From contig JAFSJW010000051.1 of NCBI GenBank assembly GCA_017449265.1, positions 29,558 through 93,557 of the forward strand: a DNA stretch of 64,000 nt. Direction: 5' to 3'. The position numbers and the translations under genes were made by a program. The notes under the pieces are model-generated. The model saw only the letters and a list, made by a program, of their open reading frames with translations. It was not told the DNA's origin and searched no databases. This DNA comes from Treponema sp. GTDB lineage: Bacteria; Spirochaetota; Spirochaetia; Treponematales; Treponemataceae. Positions 48,989-59,049 of this stretch are shown here, piece by piece (the stretch's first letter is position 1; every line of letters starts with the position of its first letter).

Positions 48989-50242
48989 TTACTTGTTTGT
49001 AAGGCGCACTTCGTTGTAAGCGAGGATAAATGGTCCTACACCCTTTGCATCGTCCTGAACGATTGGCTCGTCCATGTAGTATTCAAAAGTTCCGTCGCGC
49101 CTTTTGTTCTTCTCAGGACCAAGACCCGCAACAAGGCAGATTCCGCCAAGACTGAGCTTGCCAGAATCCGTGTTCAGGTAAGTGTCGCAGATACCGTTGA
49201 ATGCTTTCAGACCGGCTTCCTTGTATTTGTTGTCGGTAAGAATTCCTGTCCGCATTCCTTTGAGGAGCGAGTACGCGAAGATTGCGGAACCTGATGTTTC
49301 AAGGTAGTTCTTGCGCCCTTTTGCGTCAACGCGGTCCGGAAAGTTCGGCACCTGATACCACATTCCGCTTTTGTCCTGGAATTTGAGCATTGAATCCTGC
49401 AGGTCGATGAACATCTTTTTCAGATGCTCCCAGTTTTCGCTTCCGCGGTCTGAGGCTTTGTTGAGTGTGTCGAGCATTGCCATGCTGAACCAGCCGAGCG
49501 CACGGAGCCAGAAGTGCTTGCTCAGTCCTGTATCTGGGTTTGCCCAGAATATTGATTTTGAGCTGTCGTAGCAGTGATAGTACAATCCTGTGGCAGAATC
49601 CCGCATGAGCTTTTCTACATTGAAGAACTGATGGTAGATGTCATCAATGTTCTTTGAGTTATTGAACATAACCTCATATTCCATGTAGAACGGCTGCCCC
49701 ATATAAAGACCGTCCAGCCAGACCTGATTCGGGTAAATGAGCTTGTGCCAGAAATTTCCTTCTTTTGTGCGAGGCTGGCGGATAACCTGATTGTAAAGAT
49801 TTTCAAGAGCTTTCTTGTATTTTTCTTTCTTTGTGATTTTGTAGAGCGTAAAAAGATTTTTGCCGCCGTTTATGTTGTCTATGTTCCACTCGTCCTTGTC
49901 GTAGCCGTCAATGGTGCCGTCGTCCGAAATTCTGTAATCTTCGTAATAATCCGCAAATTTGAGGAATTTTTCGTCCTTGCTTGTATCATACATCTCAAGC
50001 AAAGCCATAATCATACATCCGTCGATGTAGTCCCATCCTGATTTTTCTCCAGTCCTTGCTTTTTCAATGTTCCATACAGGAATTTCGGCTGTTGATTTTG
50101 TCATCAGTTCGTCGATGTACTGATCGATAACTTTAGTGTCCACGGTAACTCTCCTAATGCTTTTATTCTCAGTGCCAGTTTTGTGACACCCAAGAATCAC
50201 GACTAAAAGCAAAAAATCGATAAAAAATTTTGCAATTTTCAT
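48989..50242 (-). CDS. Unsaturated rhamnogalacturonyl hydrolase (GH105, YteR/YesR-like), lipoprotein
   Basis: WDYIDG, NIDNINGG, FWHK..YPNQVWLDGLYM, WLRALGW, YLETSGSA and DDAKGVGPF. Confidence 0.92.
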   Translation of the reverse strand: MKIAKFFIDFLLLVVILGCHKTGTENKSIRRVTVDTKVIDQYIDELMTKSTAEIPVWNIEKARTGEKSGWDYIDGCMIMALLEMYDTSKDEKFLKFADYYEDYRISDDGTIDGYDKDEWNIDNINGGKNLFTLYKITKKEKYKKALENLYNQVIRQPRTKEGNFWHKLIYPNQVWLDGLYMGQPFYMEYEVMFNNSKNIDDIYHQFFNVEKLMRDSATGLYYHCYDSSKSIFWANPDTGLSKHFWLRALGWFSMAMLDTLNKASDRGSENWEHLKKMFIDLQDSMLKFQDKSGMWYQVPNFPDRVDAKGRKNYLETSGSAIFAYSLLKGMRTGILTDNKYKEAGLKAFNGICDTYLNTDSGKLSLGGICLVAGLGPEKNKRRDGTFEYYMDEPIVQDDAKGVGPFILAYNEVRLTNK

Positions 50243-50387
50243 CTAGTTTGATATATTACACAAAAAGCAGTAGTAAGTGAAGTAAGATTTTGAATTTTTA
50301 TTGGGCGTAAGGTTTGGAGCTGTTCGCAAAAAGTGCGCCAAGTGAAAATACTTTTCACTTATTACTTTTTTCTATAGAATTGACCTT

Positions 50388-52217
50388 ATGGCAGACACAA
50401 AATCACAATTCAAATCAATTATAGCAGACGCAGTTAACGAAATCATAAAAGAAAAGAATCTTGAAGCAGAAAAAGTCGAAGCAGAGAAAATTGTAGTGCA
50501 GACTTCCCCAAACCCACAGATGGGCGACTTAGGCTCGCCAATGTTCATGTTCGCAAAAGCACTCAGAAGCGCTCCTCCTCAGATTGCAGCCGAAGTTGTC
50601 TCAAAAATCGGAAGCAAAGCTTCGGAATTGGGCGAAGTTTTGGCTGTCGGCCCTTATGTAAACCTAAAAATGGATAAGGCAGGAGCCGTAAAATCAATCC
50701 TCTCAAAAATCGAAACAGAGGGGGAAAAATTCGGAACTTTTGGTAATGACGGAAAGCCGCACCTTGAGGGAAGCCGCATTATGATTGAGTTCTCTTCCCC
50801 GAACACAAATAAGCCCCTTCACTTGGGCCACATGAGAAACGACGCTTTGGGCGAGTCGGTTTCCCGAATCCTCAAAAAAGCAGGTGCCGAGGTCTGCAAA
50901 GTTGACCTTATCAACAACCGGGGAATCCACATCTGTAAGTCAATGCTGGCATACAAGCTCTTCCACGAGGCAAATGGCGACACACCAGAAAAACTCGGCA
51001 TGAAAGGCGACCACTTTGTCGGTCAGTGTTATGTTGAGTTCGACCGCTACCTCAAAGGCGAAAAAGACAAACCTGAGACCGCTCACCCTGAGGCACAGGA
51101 GATGGCCGAAGAAATGCTCCGAAAGTGGGAAGCTGGCGACGAAGAAACACGCAAGCTCTGGCAGACAATGAACGACTGGACTTTCAACGGCGTAAAAGAA
51201 ACTTACGAGCGTACGGGAGTTTCCTTCGACAAATTCTACTTTGAAAGCGAGACCTACCTCAAAGGAAAGGACGAAATTCAGAAAGGGCTTGAAAAAGGCG
51301 TATTTTTCAAGGCAGGGGACGGTTCGGTTCGTGTTGATGTTACAGAAGCCGTTGGAAAAGGAAAAGACGGCGAAGACCACGAAAAGGTTTTGCTCCGAAA
51401 AGACGGAACCAGCGTTTACATCACCCAGGATATCGGAACCGCAATCAGCCGCCACGACGACTGGGCTTTCAACGAGCTTGTCTATGTGGTCGCAACCGAG
51501 CAGAACTTCCACTTCAAAGTCCTCTTCTATATTCTTAAGAAACTGGGCTTTGACTGGGCAAACAAGCTCTATCACCTGGCTTATGGTCTGGTAAACCTTC
51601 CTAACGGACGAATGAAGAGCCGCGAAGGAACAGTCGTTGACGCAGACGATTTGATTGACTCCCTCCACGAAGACGCGCTCAAAGCAATCAAGGAAAAAGG
51701 CCGCGAAGAAGAAGTGGGAAACGCAGACGAGGTGGCAGAAAAAGTCGCCTTGGCAGCCCTCCACTACTATCTCTTGCAGGTCAGCCCGATAAAAGACATG
51801 GTTTTTAACCCGGAAGAATCTTTGAGCTTCACCGGAAACACAGGTCCATATTTGCAGTACATGGGAGCACGCATCGCTTCAATTTTGCGAAAGGCCGCAG
51901 ACGAGGGAACAAGCCCGGCAAGTCCAGAAAAGACCGCCTCTCTTCTCAAAGCCGCAGAAGAATGGGAGCTTACAAAACGGCTTGGCGAATACCCGGAGAC
52001 CGTGGCAAAAGCCGCAAATGCCAAAGACTCTTCAATCATGGCAAACTATCTCTACGACATTGCAAAACTCTTCTCAAAGTTCTACCAGCAGTGCCCGATT
52101 CTTGCCGCAGAGTCAAAGGAGCTTAAAGAAGCCCGCCTGACTTTGGCAAAAGCAACGCTCCAAGTTCTCAAAGACGCAATGGACTTGGTTCTCGTGCCAT
52201 ATTTGGACAGAATGTAG
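50388..52217 (+). CDS. argS: Arginyl-tRNA synthetase
   Basis: EFSSPNTNKPLHLGH, MKSREG, GNTGPYLQY, and C-terminal LDRM. Confidence 0.97.
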   Translation: MADTKSQFKSIIADAVNEIIKEKNLEAEKVEAEKIVVQTSPNPQMGDLGSPMFMFAKALRSAPPQIAAEVVSKIGSKASELGEVLAVGPYVNLKMDKAGAVKSILSKIETEGEKFGTFGNDGKPHLEGSRIMIEFSSPNTNKPLHLGHMRNDALGESVSRILKKAGAEVCKVDLINNRGIHICKSMLAYKLFHEANGDTPEKLGMKGDHFVGQCYVEFDRYLKGEKDKPETAHPEAQEMAEEMLRKWEAGDEETRKLWQTMNDWTFNGVKETYERTGVSFDKFYFESETYLKGKDEIQKGLEKGVFFKAGDGSVRVDVTEAVGKGKDGEDHEKVLLRKDGTSVYITQDIGTAISRHDDWAFNELVYVVATEQNFHFKVLFYILKKLGFDWANKLYHLAYGLVNLPNGRMKSREGTVVDADDLIDSLHEDALKAIKEKGREEEVGNADEVAEKVALAALHYYLLQVSPIKDMVFNPEESLSFTGNTGPYLQYMGARIASILRKAADEGTSPASPEKTASLLKAAEEWELTKRLGEYPETVAKAANAKDSSIMANYLYDIAKLFSKFYQQCPILAAESKELKEARLTLAKATLQVLKDAMDLVLVPYLDRM

Positions 52218-52351
52218 TACAGTGCCATAGGAAAAATTTACGGTATACACGATTTGTTCTTGACGCACAAATTTGGGTTATTGTTGTATGCCGCAAATTT
52301 TTAAGGTCGGTTCTTATTGGAAGTCCTGAGCCTTGTCTTGTGCCGGGGGAT

Positions 52352-54424
52352 ATGATTATAAAAAAAAGTATTTTTTTATTTTTTCTGATTTTTTCTTTTT
52401 CGCGCGTTTTCGGGGAGAAAGTTTCGCTTCCTGTGGCGGGGCTTTTTGTTTCTGAGAGCCGGCATGAGCGTATGGATTTTGAGTGGGATGAGAAATGGTT
52501 CGGGGAAAAATCATCGTTCGTGTACAATCATTCTCTTGCCCGCGTTGCAATTCTTCTTTCCGAACTTTCGTACTCGGACATTGAGAACAGAATGTACGGC
52601 TCCGCTCTTGCCGATGCGTATGAATCTTTGGGGGTGAAAAAACAAGACATCGACTTGCACTATGACATCGATCTTGACGACAAGCACTGGGGAATTGATC
52701 AGTGCGCTTTCAGCTTTGCGTGCAAGGAGATTGACAGTTTTATTGGGAAAAAATACCTTGTGTTCGTAGTCGTGCGCGGAACTGTCGTCAATTTTTACGA
52801 ATGGATGTCAAACTTGAATGTGAGCAACAACACAAAGCATGTCCCGGTCTACCACGAGGGTTTCAACAAATGCACGCATCAGGTAATGGGCGAGCTTTAC
52901 GCATTCCTTGACAAGCACGGCATAAAAAAAGACGACTGTTTCATGCTCATAACGGGACACAGCCGCGGAGCCGCCGTGGCGAATCTTCTTGGGGCGTATA
53001 TGTGCGACTCGCTGAATTTTGATACCTCAAAACTTCATGTGTACACTTTCGCCACGCCGAATGTTACCACAAGCAAGAAAGTTGACCAGCTCAGGTACGC
53101 TTTCATATTCAACATCCTGAACGACGAGGATTTAGTTCCGATGATACCGCTCACGAAAAACTGGGGGTTCAAAAGGTTCGGAAGGGATTTGATGACCGTA
53201 AGCCTGTGGAATTCAAAGACTGATGAATTTGAGAAAGAATATGTTCCCAGAATGAACAATTACTATAAAAAACTCATGGGGCGCACTTATGTCACTTCCA
53301 ACACCGGAAGTTTTATCCCCGGGTTTACGGTGGAGCTTCTTGCGAAGAATTTCAAGGACATACAGTCGTATTACAGGGACAAAACAGGCTTCAAGGCGAT
53401 TTCTGAGCAAATGCTCAAGCTCGTAATTCCGCCTGAGAAAGATATATCCATAAAAGATTTGGTAAATTCCACGAACAAACTGAAGCTCGGCCCGCTTGAA
53501 AGCAAGATTAACGATATTATGAACAGGACTTTTGATATGCATGTTGCCGAAAGTTACCTGTCATGGCTTGTTGCGCTTGATGAGAAAGAGCTTTACAAAG
53601 ACATCGGCAGTATGAGAATCACGCTGAAAGGAAACTTTGACCTTGCGATTTTTGACGAAGAGAGCAATGTTGTTGCAAAAATCATAGACGGATATGTTCA
53701 GCTAAAAAACTCAAAAGTTCCTGTCGGTGCAATTACAGTGCCAGGCTCTACGGTGCTAGGCTTTCCCACGAACAGAAATTTCACCGTGGCGATTTACAAG
53801 GACACGCTTATTCCGACGCCCGTTCATCTGAAAGTGGAGAACCTTGATTCAAGGGCGAACATTATTTCTGGCTCAGAGTTTGACCCGGAGGAAACGGAGG
53901 AGGCGGATTTTACGCTTCTTCCTAATGTAGGAGTCGTGTATGTGTTCGATGCAGGAAAAAAATCATTCACGGAGAAGTCCCTCAGGTTCAGGATTTTCAA
54001 AGATAAGTTCAGGGACAAAATCCTTGATGAAGGAAAACTTGACCAGTTCCGCTACTTCCGGTTCCAGCCTGAGATAAATTTCGGGACGGATTTTTTTGCG
54101 AACCAAAATTTTGAGTTTGGGTTTCATGCAGGAACGCGCCTAATCTACGGAAGTATGCTTTTTTCTTTCCCGGACGGCGGATTTCAGTTCTCGCCGGGGC
54201 TGGGGCATGAGCAGCCGGTGTTCGGTCGTCTTATGCTGAACATAGAGCTGCTTGAAAAATTCCGCTGGTTCAAGGATTCGGGATTCCGCTATCTTCCGAG
54301 TACAAGAATTTCGCTTTCGTACAAGCCTGTTCATTATTTTCAGATTTTTGCAGCTTATGATATGGCTTTCAATGTGAAAGACCTTGAATTCGAGCATCTG
54401 TTCAAGTGCGGAATAAAATTCTAA
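52352..54424 (+). CDS. Class-3 lipase with signal peptide and C-terminal beta-strand-rich (barrel-like) domain
   Basis: VVRGT, HEGF, nucleophile elbow TGHSRG, YTFATP and DLVP; ends in CGIKF. Confidence 0.82.
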   Translation: MIIKKSIFLFFLIFSFSRVFGEKVSLPVAGLFVSESRHERMDFEWDEKWFGEKSSFVYNHSLARVAILLSELSYSDIENRMYGSALADAYESLGVKKQDIDLHYDIDLDDKHWGIDQCAFSFACKEIDSFIGKKYLVFVVVRGTVVNFYEWMSNLNVSNNTKHVPVYHEGFNKCTHQVMGELYAFLDKHGIKKDDCFMLITGHSRGAAVANLLGAYMCDSLNFDTSKLHVYTFATPNVTTSKKVDQLRYAFIFNILNDEDLVPMIPLTKNWGFKRFGRDLMTVSLWNSKTDEFEKEYVPRMNNYYKKLMGRTYVTSNTGSFIPGFTVELLAKNFKDIQSYYRDKTGFKAISEQMLKLVIPPEKDISIKDLVNSTNKLKLGPLESKINDIMNRTFDMHVAESYLSWLVALDEKELYKDIGSMRITLKGNFDLAIFDEESNVVAKIIDGYVQLKNSKVPVGAITVPGSTVLGFPTNRNFTVAIYKDTLIPTPVHLKVENLDSRANIISGSEFDPEETEEADFTLLPNVGVVYVFDAGKKSFTEKSLRFRIFKDKFRDKILDEGKLDQFRYFRFQPEINFGTDFFANQNFEFGFHAGTRLIYGSMLFSFPDGGFQFSPGLGHEQPVFGRLMLNIELLEKFRWFKDSGFRYLPSTRISLSYKPVHYFQIFAAYDMAFNVKDLEFEHLFKCGIKF

Positions 54425-54488
54425 ACCGTGATTTTTTTCAAAAAAATTCAAGTAAAAGTATGATTTTTTCGATATATAAAGGTATAAT

Positions 54489-54646
54489 AGACCAGTGAGG
54501 AACCCTATTGTTTCCTCACTGGTCTTGCGTAATTTTTCAGGCTAAAGCCTTGCAAAATTACAGAATTTCTAAGGTTGCTGTTCGGAAAACTGAAGTTTCC
54601 GAACAGCTCTAATAAACCTGTTCGGAAAGCTAAAATTTTCGAACTG
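54489..54646. repeat. Four consecutive hairpins in a long 5' leader, two of the GTTCGGAAA family
   Basis: A 14-bp perfect stem at 54489-54525, then hairpins at 54529-54561, 54577-54607 and 54618-54646. Confidence 0.75.
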
Positions 54647-54714
54647 TTTTAGTTACTTTTTTAGTTTTTGGATATTCTATTTTCAGAGACTTTTAAAATT
54701 GGAGGATTCCGTTT

Positions 54715-55515
54715 ATGAAAAAGATTATTTTGTCAGGATTGCTTGCTGCGGCATGTGCTGCTTCTTTTGCGCTTTCAGGAAAAGATGTTGTTCAGAAGTA
54801 TTTTGACACGAACCCTGCTCCGTCGTTTAGTAAGACTCTTTTCATCTGTGATTCATTCAAGGGCGGAAAGCTGGACGATTCTGTAACAGTTGAGCAGTGC
54901 GGACGTCATAGGAACGGTCTTACTGAGACTGTATTTGAAATTGTAAAGAACCCAAGCCTTAAAGGAACTCGCTTCCTTCAGTCACAGAAAAAGGGTGATG
55001 ATGCTAGGTTCATTTATGCACCGGCTCTCAGAACTGTGCGCCGTATTCCTGTTCAGGATAAATCAAAGCAGTTCGTAGGCTCTGAGTACACTTACAATGA
55101 CACTTCTTTGCGTGACATTGATGAGGATGATCACGAACTCATTGACGAGAAAGCTCTTGTTCGTATCGATTCAGCTTCTTACACATGCTGGGCTGTAAAA
55201 TCAACTCCACACTCAAAGAGGGAAGTTGAGTACGACTACCGCATTGCATACTATGACCAGAACACTGTCATGCCAGTAAAGACCGAGTACTTTGACAGGA
55301 CAGGAAAGCTCGTTAAGACTATGGAAATAAAAAAACTTGTTTCTATTAAGGGAAAAATGGGCAAAAGCCACTGGTGCCGCCAGGTTTGTGAGATTGTTAA
55401 CAAAAGAACTGGTCGTAGCTCTGTTATTACCGTAAAGAGTCAGATTCTTGACGACAGTGCTCTTGTAAAGGATGGTTACTTTAACCAGAACTGGCTTTCA
55501 ACAGGAAAACTCTAA
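54715..55515 (+). CDS. Outer-membrane lipoprotein-sorting (LolA-like) protein
   Basis: Signal SFA|L, KGTRFL, YAPALRTVRRI, FVGSEYTYND and EYFDRTGKLVK. Confidence 0.85.
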   Translation: MKKIILSGLLAAACAASFALSGKDVVQKYFDTNPAPSFSKTLFICDSFKGGKLDDSVTVEQCGRHRNGLTETVFEIVKNPSLKGTRFLQSQKKGDDARFIYAPALRTVRRIPVQDKSKQFVGSEYTYNDTSLRDIDEDDHELIDEKALVRIDSASYTCWAVKSTPHSKREVEYDYRIAYYDQNTVMPVKTEYFDRTGKLVKTMEIKKLVSIKGKMGKSHWCRQVCEIVNKRTGRSSVITVKSQILDDSALVKDGYFNQNWLSTGKL

Positions 55516-55549
55516 GTTAAGATTTGCGAGTTTATTTAGCAAACTAGGT

Positions 55550-55580
55550 CACCTTTGGCTTTGCCAAAGGTGCTTTTTTT
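55550..55580 (+). terminator. Terminator formed by a GGC-TTT-GCC hairpin
   Basis: CACCTTTGGC-TTT-GCCAAAGGTG followed by CTTTTTTT. Confidence 0.75.
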
Positions 55581-55775
55581 GTCTGAAAATTTCCTTTAAG
55601 ACACTTGAAAAACATGTGGGTTAAGTTGTAAATTTGTTCATACATAAGCGTACTTCTTTTTGATTTTTTTTGAGGTGATTAAAATTTTAAAAATTTACGC
55701 TTTTTTTGTAAATTCTCAACTAAACTCGAAATTCAGACTATGTACTAAATACATCGATATATTGTTCTTATTGAA

Positions 55776-57137
55776 TTATCTTCCTATTTCTTTATCAGAA
55801 ACAATTTTTTCCAGCATATATCGCTTGAGCAGGAATGTGCAGAAATAGGGGAATGTATAAAACTCTCCATTGAATCCAATATTTTTGGCGCAAAGTTTTA
55901 TTCCATATTTTATATCACTGTATTTTTCTTTTTTTATCAGATTTTTAAGAGATGCAGTCGGATTATCATTTGCTTTTACTTCTACCGGAACAAGAGAAGC
56001 GGCATCCCGAATGAAGAAATCCATTTCAACTGTCGATTTTTCATTTTTGTAATAGAATAACTCATATCCTTGTTTTACCAGCATGTCTCCAACGATGTTT
56101 TCATAAATTGCACCTTTGTAGGTGTTAAAATTTTTGTTCTGCCGCAAATCAATCTGAGCTTCTTCATCAAGTGAAGCTATCAAAAGTCCCGTGTCACTAT
56201 AATAGATTTTATATTCCCCAGGATTATAATTTCCTTTAAGAGGAAGTTCCGGCTGCTCAAGATTGTAACAGACATTTACGATACCGGCATCCTTTAGCCA
56301 GTCTACAGTTCCAATGTATTCTCTGTTTCTGGCTCCTCTTGCAACTTTTGTTATCTGATAACGCTTGTTTTCCTTTGCAAGAAATACCGGAATATGGGTA
56401 TATACATTCTTGATTTTTGACTTATCAAGCCCTTTTGCATATTTTAGGATATCTTCTTCATACGCTTTCTGAATTTGAATCTGCTCCTGCAGAATGCCTG
56501 AAAAATTATTCTGTTCAATAAATCTATTTACAATACGTGGCATTCCGCCTGTAATCATGTAGTCTTTGAAGCAGTTCATCCAGACATCAAATTCATTATC
56601 AGAAAAGGGGGTAAGATTTTTTAGGTGCTCATAAATACTTTCTATCTGGTCATGGGAATAGCCTTTTGCCCAAAGGAACTCTTCAAAATCAAGGGAATGC
56701 ATATCATAATCTTCCTTAAATCCCACGCTTACAGAAGTAATTTCTTCGTAATTTATACCAAGAAGGGAACCCGAACAGATAACATCATACCGACCGTCCA
56801 ATTTAAAAAATTTTAGGCAGGTTGCACAGTCTGGACATGCCTGCATTTCATCAAAAAGAATAAGCGTTTCGTCGGGAACAAATTTGAATGCAGGATTAAT
56901 CAATGAAATTTCTTTAATGACATTATCAGGCGAATAACCGGATGAAAAAATCCTTAAATACTGGGGTTCGTCTATAAAATTGATTTCTACAAAGTTTTTG
57001 TAGTTTTTGGCAAAGTTTTCAATGGAAGATGTTTTACCAATCTGACGGGCACCTTTTATGATAAGGGGCATCCTGTCAGGATTCTTCTTCCAGTTTATAA
57101 GAAAATCATCAACCTTTCTGCGAAGTTTATATCCCAT
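55776..57137 (-). CDS. AAA_14 ATPase with DUF4143 C-terminal domain
   Basis: GARQIGKT, FDEMQ, SGS, GGMP, KIYYSDTGL and EMDF...PVEVK. Confidence 0.9.
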   Translation of the reverse strand: MGYKLRRKVDDFLINWKKNPDRMPLIIKGARQIGKTSSIENFAKNYKNFVEINFIDEPQYLRIFSSGYSPDNVIKEISLINPAFKFVPDETLILFDEMQACPDCATCLKFFKLDGRYDVICSGSLLGINYEEITSVSVGFKEDYDMHSLDFEEFLWAKGYSHDQIESIYEHLKNLTPFSDNEFDVWMNCFKDYMITGGMPRIVNRFIEQNNFSGILQEQIQIQKAYEEDILKYAKGLDKSKIKNVYTHIPVFLAKENKRYQITKVARGARNREYIGTVDWLKDAGIVNVCYNLEQPELPLKGNYNPGEYKIYYSDTGLLIASLDEEAQIDLRQNKNFNTYKGAIYENIVGDMLVKQGYELFYYKNEKSTVEMDFFIRDAASLVPVEVKANDNPTASLKNLIKKEKYSDIKYGIKLCAKNIGFNGEFYTFPYFCTFLLKRYMLEKIVSDKEIGR

Positions 57138-57273
57138 AAATTGAGAATATCACGCTTTATCACAAAATTCCACATATTTTTAGCGTTAAAATCACATTTT
57201 TCCAGTTGTTTAGCGGGGTAAAATCACATTTTTCCTTTTTTTTGCCTTTTACAAACAAAAATTTTGATTATTA

Positions 57274-57297
57274 TGGTTTCGACTACGCTCAACCACC
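57274..57297. repeat. Single copy of the GGTTGAGC...GTCGAAACC palindrome family, inverted orientation
   Basis: TGGTTTCGACTACGCTCAACCACC is related to the repeats at 61119-61261. Confidence 0.65.
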
Positions 57298-57439
57298 GAA
57301 AATTTCTAAAACTCGAAATTAAGGCCATAGCGATAAATTAATCCGCCGCTTTTTTGAAAAATCTTTTCATATAACAAAAAATTATAAAAATTCACTGTCA
57401 AAAATGTATTTTCTTTGCACCTATTAATATGGGGTTTTT

Positions 57440-58996
57440 ATGAATATTTTTTCTTTTTCTCCGTTCGGGTACGAAGGTGCGCTTGTGAATGTGGAGGTTG
57501 ATATTCGGCGCGGTATTCCGTCAGTGGATTTAGTTGGGCTTGCGGATGGAGCCGTCAAAGAGTCGCGCGAAAGAATGAAGTCCGCAATCAGGAATTCGGG
57601 CTTTTCGTTTCCGTCGGAGCGCGTTTTGATTTCGCTCTCCCCAGCCGATTTGAAGAAAGAAGGCGCGGGATTTGACCTTCCGCTTGCTCTTGCTGTTCTG
57701 GGCGCAAGCACGGACTGCCCGCCGCTACTGGAAGAGCCTGTTCTTGTCATGGGCGAGCTGGAGCTTTCTGGCTTTATTCGTCCGGTAAAGGCTGTTCATG
57801 CGGCTGCTGCCACGGCTCTTTCCGCCGGAATAACGAAATGCATCGTTTCCGTGGCGAACGCTGCCGAAGCAAGGGAAGTTTCGGGAATGAGCGTGTTCGG
57901 GGCAGAAAATCTGAGTTCGGCTTTCAGAGCTTTTTCAAGCCCGGAGCTATTCACAAAAAAGTCGGATGAGAGCGCGAACGCATTTGTTCCTGAGAATTGC
58001 GTCAAGGTGGGAGAAGTGCTTTTTCCGCCAATAGACCCGTCGCTGGACTTCAAAAGCGTTCGGGGGCAGGAAAAACTTGTCCGAGCCTTGCAGATTGCGG
58101 CAAGCGGGGCGCACAATGTGATTGCGTTCGGACCTCCCGGCTGCGGGAAGACGCTTGCTCTGCAAAGATTTTCGAGCATTCTTCCGCTTTTGACCGTAGA
58201 GGAGGCTCAGTCAGTGACAAGAATTCACAGCATTGCAGGGCTTTTGGGCGCGGACTCACCGCTTTTGCGCGTGCCGGCGTTCAGGATGCCGCACCAGACG
58301 GCAAGCGTGGAAGGAATCTGTGGCGGCGGGACTAACTGCCGCCCCGGAGAAATCTCCCTTGCGCATAACGGAGTTCTTTTTCTTGACGAGGCGGCGGAGT
58401 TCCGCTCGTCCGTGCTGCAAATGCTGCGAGTCCCGCTGGAGAGCGGCTCTGTGAGCTTGAGCCGCGCGGGGCGCACAACGACATATCCTGCAAAATTCCA
58501 GCTCCTTCTTGCCGCAAATCCATGTCCTTGCGGGAACTACGGTGCGCCAGGGAAAATCTGCTTGTGCAGCGCGAAAGCCGTTGATATGTACTGGAGAAAA
58601 TTCTCCGCCCCGCTTCTTGACAGAATAGACATACGGATAGACGCAGGGCAAAAAGACGAGCTTCAAGGCTCTCAGTCTGGCAGTGTGTCATCGGCGGAGC
58701 TTAGGAAGCAAGTTTCCGATGCGGTTTTTATTCAGCGAAAGCGTCAAGGTAAGCGGAACGCGCACTTGTCGCCGCAAGAAACAGCCGAGTTCTGTGCGCT
58801 TGGAAAAGAGGAGCGGGAATTTCTGGACGGGATAATATCTAATTCAGATTTGTCCCAGAGAGCTGTTAGCGGAATACTGAAACTTTCCCGCACTGTCGCC
58901 GATATGGAGAAAAATGCGAAAATCTGTGTAAGTCACATTAAGGAGGCGTATGAGCTTAGAAAAAATATAGGTCCGCTCGGCTTGTTCTCGTCCTGA
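57440..58996 (+). CDS. comM: ComM/YifB Mg-chelatase-like AAA+ ATPase
   Basis: LVGLADGAVKES, SPADLKKEG..FDL, GPPGCGKT, PGEISLAHNGVLFLDE and NPCPCG. Confidence 0.93.
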   Translation: MNIFSFSPFGYEGALVNVEVDIRRGIPSVDLVGLADGAVKESRERMKSAIRNSGFSFPSERVLISLSPADLKKEGAGFDLPLALAVLGASTDCPPLLEEPVLVMGELELSGFIRPVKAVHAAAATALSAGITKCIVSVANAAEAREVSGMSVFGAENLSSAFRAFSSPELFTKKSDESANAFVPENCVKVGEVLFPPIDPSLDFKSVRGQEKLVRALQIAASGAHNVIAFGPPGCGKTLALQRFSSILPLLTVEEAQSVTRIHSIAGLLGADSPLLRVPAFRMPHQTASVEGICGGGTNCRPGEISLAHNGVLFLDEAAEFRSSVLQMLRVPLESGSVSLSRAGRTTTYPAKFQLLLAANPCPCGNYGAPGKICLCSAKAVDMYWRKFSAPLLDRIDIRIDAGQKDELQGSQSGSVSSAELRKQVSDAVFIQRKRQGKRNAHLSPQETAEFCALGKEEREFLDGIISNSDLSQRAVSGILKLSRTVADMEKNAKICVSHIKEAYELRKNIGPLGLFSS

Positions 58997-59049
58997 GGGT
59001 GAAAATCTGTGGAGGCAAAAAAAAATCACTTTGGAAACAAAGTGATTTT

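Noticed and set aside
52255-52350. Possible riboswitch ahead of the lipase gene
   Set aside because: No recognisable aptamer consensus or convincing terminator.
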